A stretch of DNA of 64,000 bases, taken from contig OZ218950.1 of the NCBI GenBank assembly GCA_965112735.1, positions 3,968,001-4,032,000 on the forward strand, in the 5' to 3' direction. The notes under the pieces are model-generated. The model had not been told where the DNA came from and made no database searches. It saw only the letters and a list, made by a program, of their open reading frames with translations. Each line of letters begins with the position of its first letter. Positions within the stretch are counted from its first letter, which is position 1. This document shows positions 57,132 through 64,000 of the stretch, piece by piece. Made by a program: the position numbers and the translations under genes. Origin of the DNA: Phaeosaccion multiseriatum. Taxonomy: Eukaryota > Protista > Ochrophyta, other classes.

Positions 57132-57472
57132 GCAACAACAACTGGCATCACGAGACCATCGTGTCCGAGATCTCTGAGTGGTCTCTGAAAGGCGCCTTCC
57201 TCGGCTTGCAGCGCTGCAGGAGACTTTGCCGGGAGCAGATGGAGCGAGACAGAGAGACGGCCCGGCGGGCGGCGGAGGCCCAGAGAGCGGCCATGGAGAC
57301 GCAGCGACAGCACTTTAGGAGAGAGTTTTGGGAGGACCCTTACTCTTTCTCCGGCGGTAGTCACCAAGTGCTGCCCCCGAGACCTTTCCTTCCTCCGCCC
57401 CCTCCTCCCTTCGGGTGGGGCGGTGGTGGGAACTCGCCCGGCGCTGGTTTGTCACCCCTTTTCCCCTTCTGA
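55887..57472 (+). CDS. F-box protein, FBXO7/SKIP22-like (FP-like region, F-box, Pro-rich tail); exons ~55887-56366, 56579-57472
   Basis: F-box SGVGDELASAVLSFLRPLELVRFAGANRAF..DELW. Preceded by VRPLAMFNTLML..LDVNVDDFV..FKAE|VYACLVAPLL; C-terminal PPRPFLPPPPPPFG. Confidence 0.68.
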
Positions 57473-59062
57473 TGATGATGAAGGTGGCTGTTTCTATCGT
57501 ATGCGCGTGTTGTATGTAGAGTCCGGGGAGGGAGGGAGGGAGGGAGGGAGGAGGGAGGGAAGGAGGGAGGGACGGATGGAGGGAGAGAGGGAGGGAGGGA
57601 GGGAGGGAGGGAGGGAGGGATGGATGAAGGGGCGGAGGGAGGGAGGGAGGGGAGAGGCAAAGAGGTTGGTGGGTTTGAGCTCCACTTCCCACGATGACGT
57701 AAGAGCTTGTGCAAGAGGGAAACGCGGACGGGGGGGTGGTGAGACAGACAGACAGACAGACACGCCTTTGGAAAGCCTTTGGAAATAGGCAAGAGGGCTT
57801 GAAGGTGGGAAAGGAAAAAGGGCACATAGCAGAGGTTTTTACTTGTTTGTACAGTACAGAGAAGCAATGGATTGATGGGTGTTCATAATGAAGAGGGGGG
57901 GTCAATATTTCAAGCTTGCACCCGCGCGGCTTTACCGATTCTTTTTCAGTTGACGACTTGTGATATGGCTACGACCTGGGGGGTGACGCTGTATCACCAG
58001 CTGCTACTACAGACGAGGTGGGCGAGTCATTGGCCTTTGTCCTTGTGCGAGGATGGAGAGAGTCGGGGCGTACACTGAACTTGTGTGTTTGAGTGTGGGT
58101 GTTGGACCACCCCAAGCTCAGAGCTCAGGTGGAGGCGGCACAGGAGTGCTTCCCCCCTGGGCCGTATTGGGCGGTCGAGTGCTGCAACAATGGCAATGGC
58201 TTCATGCAAAGGCAGGCACGGGAGCTGTGCAGATGGCATGAGTATGCCTGTGCTAGCACTAACACCGTCCCATTCCGCCAAGAGCCCCTCCATGCTGAAG
58301 TGGCTCCGATCGGAGGAGGTCATGTGTCCCTGGGGCAGGAGGGCAGGTCCACACTATCGGAAGGACCGTGATGGGGAGGGGTGGGGCATAGCCCCTGCTG
58401 CCTTCGGGAGATGAAGAAGCAGTGGGTGCACGCCAATACCCCCCCCCCTGCGAGTGTCAGGACTGCACGGCGCCGTCCTTACCTGCCCTTCGGGACCCCC
58501 CCCCCCCCCCCGTCACCCTTCTGTTCTAGTTGCTCCAATTACCTTCCATAAGCTCTCATACACACCTCCCTCCCCCTGCCCTTCCCCTGTGCTGACCTCG
58601 AGGCAACCTCGAACGGCCTCGCCTCGGAGCGAACAACGGCTCGACTGTGGAATGGATCAGCAGCCCAAAAAAAAGTAAAAAAAAACGTACATAATAGACG
58701 AGTGGGAAAACCTGTCCCTCTGCTACCCTCGTCTACACAACGAAGCCCCCTTCCTCATATGGGTCCGTCTCTCTCCGTCGGCCTTTCTGTCCATGTGGAA
58801 GCAGAGCCCCGCCGAGCGTTCGCCGCCTGCCCGCGCCCCAGCCTCTCTATTCCATGCTACTTCGTAGTACATTACAGTAGCAGCCCCAGCCCCTCTATTC
58901 CATTCCATGCTACTTCGTAGTACATTACAGCAGCAGCCCCAGGCAGGCACCGCCCCATCTGGTCCAGCAGCACCACCGGCTGTATCACCAAACGCTGCTG
59001 CTGTATCATGAATGGCTGGTGTATCACCAAATCGCTGCTGCCGCATCACCAGCGGCTGCTGC

Positions 59063-59241
59063 TCAATAATCGCCGCCATCGTCGCTGCCGCTACCGCTGC
59101 CGCTGTCCTCGTCGTGCTGAGCGAAAGCCACAAGTACAACGAAGTTGGGTGGGGCAGTTGCAACACGGGAGAGAGAGAGAGAGAGAGAGAGCACAGCACG
59201 CATGGATGATGAGTTACAGACCAAGTCCTGACTCCTGCAGG

Positions 59242-59276
<35 letters not shown>

Positions 59277-59560
59277 ACGGAGGAGGCAGAGCTTCACCAC
59301 CGTACTCAGCATCACACCGGTCATATTGATTGATTGATTGATTGATTGATTGACTGATTAGCTTGCAAGCCTTGCAAGGGGCAGGCAGACCGACGGAAAC
59401 ACATGCGAACATCACCTCCGGACACACAGAATGAAGGATGGACGTACCCTGTTCTGTGCATCGAGCCACCTGTCGATGTGCGCCGCGACGTTGACGTTGG
59501 AGCCGCCGCCCCTGCCCATGCCTGTTGGGGCGCGACATCCGCAGCAACAGCAGCAAAGAA

Positions 59561-59606
<46 letters not shown>

Positions 59607-60589
59607 AGCAGCAGCAGCACAGGAGAAGCTCCACGTGAACAAGTCATCATCCTACGGCTCCCGAACACACAAATGGATGTGGAGGAGGACAACTCCTCAC
59701 ACTTCTGACGCGAAACCGTGACTGTGTGCAGAAACTAGTGAGGTGCGATTGAAGAGGAGGGGTGGTGGTACACCTTCCACCTCTATTGCAGGCAAACAAA
59801 ACAGACCCCCCCCCCCCCGCCCCTCCGCCAACGCAGGAGAAAACAAGAGCGCAACGTTGGAGGGAGGAAGGAAAGGCCAGATATCCACCAGAATGATGAT
59901 GATTTCCTTCTCACCGACGTTCTGGGCGTGGCTGAGCAGCGTGTCGATCTTCCTGTACTGACTCTCAATGAAGCCTTCGTCCTTGATGAGCTCCGCGGCC
60001 TCAGTGTCGTTGAGCTTCCGATTGATCTGCGGAGAGAAGGGGAGCGGCCACACACACGGTTGTTGTTGCACATGAGAAGGTACAAGATGGGGGCGGGAAC
60101 GGGAACCCAGCAACTCCCGACCCGTCTGCGGACTCACTCACTCACTCACTCACGCACTCGCTCACTCTCTCCTTCACTGACTCAACTCCCCCACTCACTC
60201 ACTCATTCACTCACTCACCCTCTGGCAGAGGTGGAGCTTGAAGTGCATAAGGCAGTGATACAGCCTGGACTTGGTCAGACAAGTGAGACCGATGCCGAAC
60301 GACTCGTCTTCGTCCTGAGGGGGGGGGGGGGGACAAGGAGGGAGAAACAAGGCGAGGAGTAGAATGAGGACATGCAACATTGCCGTCAAAGCGATGTGAT
60401 TAGTGCCCACACTCCCCACCCACCTTCTTGTTCTTCGCCCTTCCCATACCCTCCCAGCACCTTCCTACCCTCTCCTCCTCCCTCTCTGATATATTCCTTT
60501 CCTCTCCTATCCTGTTGTTTCAGCGGTACTTGAAGCCCGCCAAGGGTTACCGTGTACCGGCTCTCATCAAGAGCCCGCAGACCCCCCTC

Positions 60590-60649
<60 letters not shown>

Positions 60650-63600
60650 CACACACGGACATGCAAACGCACACGCACACGCACACGCACGTACCTCCCT
60701 GTCGGCCCAAAACGCTTCAGAGCCCATCCAGCCCTCGGGAAGGGAGTCCATCCAAGAGCCTGAGCCTGCACAGGGGCGGACGAGAGCGATAAGCGACAAG
60801 CAAGGGGACGAAAGACAGAGCAAAAAATGCAAGTACGTCTCAGAGATTCACCGTATTTCTTCTTCATGATCCCACGCACACGCGCACCTACGAGCGCAAG
60901 CACTCTCCTCCAGCGACCGTAAGAGTGCACCTCAATCTCAGAGTGACTAACTCCTCCAGCGACCGTAAGAGTGCACTTCAATCTCAGAGTGACTTACGCA
61001 TCTATGCCCACTTCTCGCCCCCGCCCTCCACCCCACTCCGTTTCCTTAGGCAACAAGCGTGCTCGCCATTCATACTCCATCACGGTCATATGGCCCATAA
61101 TGTCCTTCTGTGTGGGGGCTGTGGCATGCCTCACAAGCTTCAACACACGGCTCACTCACCACTCCACACCGCCGCGGCCTTGTACGGAGTGCCCTTGAAG
61201 TGAAGGACGTTGTCGGACGTGTGGGCCGATCGGCGGCAGGCCTCGCACCCTAGTTCGTCGTCCGGCCGTCGCTCCCTGTGGCGGTGAGTTGGATAGGTGG
61301 GTAGGTGCGTAGGTGCGTAGGTGCCAATAGCAATACACAGTCGAACAACCAAACAAACACACAGACAAGGAGGAGAAGGGAGAAGCAGAGGGGGACGGGG
61401 GGGGTGTTGTCATCAGGGAGACAGGAAAAAATACATCTCTCTTCCAAAGAAGTCACTCAGTAATTAAGTCAGTCAAGGAGGCCTTCAGCCACTCAGTCAG
61501 TCAGTCAGTCAGTCAGTCAGCCAGTGAGGCCCTCAGCCAGTCAGTCAGTCAGTCAGTCTGTCAGTCAATCAGTCAGTCAGTGAGGCCCTCAGCCAGTCAA
61601 TCAGTCAGTCAGTCAGTCTGTCAGTCATTCAGTCAGTCAGGGAGGCCTTCAGCCTGTCAGTCAGTCAGTCAGTCTGTCAGTCTGTGAGTCAATCAGTCAG
61701 TCAGTCAGTCAGTCTGTCAGTCTGTCAGTCTGTCAGTCTGTCAGTCTGTCAGTCAGTCAGTGAGGCCCTCAACCAGTCAATCAGTCAGTCAGTCAGTCTG
61801 TCAGTCATTCAGTCAGTCAGGGAGGCCTTCAGCCAGCCAGTCAGTCACTCAGTCAGTCAATCCGTCAGTCAGTCAGCCAGTGAGGCTCTCAGCCAGTCAG
61901 TCAGTGAGGCCCTCAGCCAGTCAGTCAGTCAAGGAAATGAGTCAGTCAATCAGTCAGTACGTCAAACAGTCAGACAATCAGCCAGTCTTTCAGTCAGGGT
62001 CGGGTCAGAGCTCAGTCAAACAGTCAGACAATCAGTCAGTCAGGGTCGGGTAATAAAAAGCTGCAAAGATCGAACCTGGCGACTTCGTAGTACGGGTGTG
62101 TCTTCATGGAGTCCTCGAACCTTTGGTTGCGTGCCATGGAGCCCAGGTTTGATTCCCTTAGGCTGCATATCTGTTCAAGCAGGAGGGAGGAGGAAAGATG
62201 AGAGGGAGAGAGAGGAAGAGAGGGTCAGAGAGAGAGAGAGCGGGCAGATGAGCTGATGAGAAACGCGCATCTTACGGGGCAGGAGCAGCACAGAAGCGTG
62301 TGTTCTTGATTCGAGTACGAGGAGCGAGGAGGCACGAGCCCGGGCAGAAGGGAAGAGTCACCTCCCTCCCTCCCTCCCTCCAGCAAAAGACACCGACCAA
62401 CACGGACGGAAACCGATGGACAAACACAAACGCGGACCGACATGGCCCGACAAGGACGGACACGAACTGATAAGGACTGATGCGGACTACTACGGACCTG
62501 CTTCTCCACCTTGTCGATGGCCACGCTAAAATCCAGGTTACGGCCTCTCCTCGTGTTCTTTCTGAAGTTGTGGTTGAAGGACTGCGCTCCGGTGCGTTCC
62601 TTGCGCTCGTCGTCCACGAAGTAAATGAGGTACTCTGTGAGTGAGTGAGTGAGTGAGTGAGTGAGGGAGTGAGTGAGTGAGGGAGTGAGGGAGTGAGTGA
62701 GTGAGGGAGTGAGGGAGGGAGTGAGGGAGGGGGTGAGTGCGTGGGTGAGTGGGTGAGTGAGTGAGTGAGTGAGTGAGGGAGTGCGTGGGTGAGTGAGTGA
62801 GTGAGTGAGGGAGTGAGTGGGTGAGTGAGTGAGCTGGTGAGTGAGTGAGGGAGGGAGGGAGTGAGTGCGTGAGTGAGTGAGTGAGTGAGGGAGTCAGTGG
62901 GTAAGACAGGTGCGATGGGGGAGGGGGGTTGGGTGTGGGGTTGTGAGGGGAGGGAAGGGAAACTTCGAGCATCAATCAGGCTTGGTGAGGAAGCTCTGTA
63001 CAACGTTGACCACGTACCCAAGTAAACTGCCCAAGCCTGCTCGAACGACATGGTCTGTACGTTCATGGCTCCACCTTCGTCGTCCTCGTCTTCTCTGCGC
63101 AGCTTAGCTAGGAGCTCGGCATGCGACAAGGATTCCTCCTCCTCCTCCTCCTCCTCGTCCTTGTTGCCATCCTCCTCTCCACCGCTGCCATCCTTCCCTT
63201 CTGCATCATCATCATCATCACCATCATCATCATCCTCATCGCTGTCGTATCTACTCTTCCTCTTCTTCTGCTTCTTCTTGCTCCTGGTATCCTCCTCCTC
63301 CTCTTCCTCCTCCTCCTCGTCATCATCAACGATGAAGTCATCGTCTGACTTGTTACCGCTTCTAGAGACCATCTTCTTCGCCGGAGACTTCTTCGTCTTC
63401 CTCTTCTTCGGTGGAGGAGGAGCTTCATCCTCGTCCTCCTCGTCTTCGTCGTCAGGAACGATGAAGTCATCGTCCGCATTGTAGCCGGAATAACTTGACC
63501 TCCTCTTGGCCGCGGACATCTTCTTCTTCTTCGAGACACTGCTCCTACCCGCACCCCCACCCTCTACGCTCCGTACTGGACTCCCATAGCGATCCCGCTT

Positions 63601-64000
63601 CACCCCTCCCGCCTGGTTGCGTCTCGCCCTACTACTAGTAGAAGAGGACGAAGCGGAATCTCTTCCCTCCCTGGCAGGACGCTTCACAGGGGACTCGAAC
63701 TGCGCCTCTTCCTCATCACTCTCTCCACCATCGTCTCCATGGTCGCTATCTCCATCCTCCCCATCGCTGCCTCTCGCCTTGCTCTTCCTTCCTCCCCTGC
63801 CTGACGGCTTTGCGACGGCTTTCGCCTTGCCTTTGCCCTTGCCCTTGCCCTTGCCCGCAGGAGAAACAGCAACCACCTCAACCTCTTCCTCTTCCTCTTC
63901 CTCCTCCTCCTCAACCTCGTCCACGTCCACCTCTAGACCTGCCGCATAGTCCACGGGCCCGGCACTGCTCCTCCGAGGGCGTCTGGTGCTCCTACTTTCC
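59063..64000 (-). CDS. DUF4211/CCDC82-like protein with acidic/basic low-complexity N-terminus; 5' end beyond the window
   Basis: [10 protein letters not shown] repeats; [10 protein letters not shown]|YLI; AIDKVEKQ|ICSLRES; CEACRRS..FKGTPY; [24 protein letters not shown]. Inferred last exons GMGRGGG..DAQNR|HDEDSGS..DY*. Confidence 0.72.
61455..62045. repeat. Complex (CAGT)n-based intronic satellite with higher-order GAGGCCCTCAGCC units
   Basis: Direct reading. Confidence 0.85.

Noticed and set aside
27595-61000. Small 2-4-copy tandem duplications (27595-27680, 43150-43265, 54650-54800, 58843-58935, 60900-61000)
   Set aside because: Ordinary local slippage duplications without TIR/TSD or shared sequence.

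Overview
Eukaryotic, GC-rich, intron-dense nuclear DNA. It is most likely from a flagellate-capable photosynthetic stramenopile (ochrophyte): there is an IFT52 gene, and one gene carries a bipartite 'SNA|FV' complex-plastid presequence. The exact lineage cannot be determined. Manual splicing gives 11 multi-exon genes in strictly alternating orientation: FGGY sugar kinase fused to ribulose-5-P 3-epimerase (-), monoacylglycerol-lipase-like hydrolase (+), RGS-domain GRK-like kinase (-), kinesin (+), DUF4442-like hot-dog thioesterase (-), sigma-like GST (+), IFT52 (-), plastid-targeted PEP-mutase/isocitrate-lyase-family enzyme (+), a membrane-anchored degenerate sulfotransferase-like + JmjC protein (-), an FBXO7-like F-box protein (+) and a DUF4211/CCDC82-like protein (-, 5' end outside the window). 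Most long ORFs in the track are intronic micro/minisatellite artefacts. The most notable items are the kinase-epimerase fusion with all three active-site Met residues replaced, the pseudo-sulfotransferase-JmjC fusion split by a ~3.6-kb 10-mer satellite, and the GRK-like kinase with a ~190-aa activation-segment insert. Also notable are two TG...CA foldback elements (one with a 4-bp TSD, one overlapping the GST stop), a dispersed GTATCACCAACTGC motif, splice-site-seeded microsatellites and several GC-AG introns. Exon borders were read by eye and may be off by a few bases.
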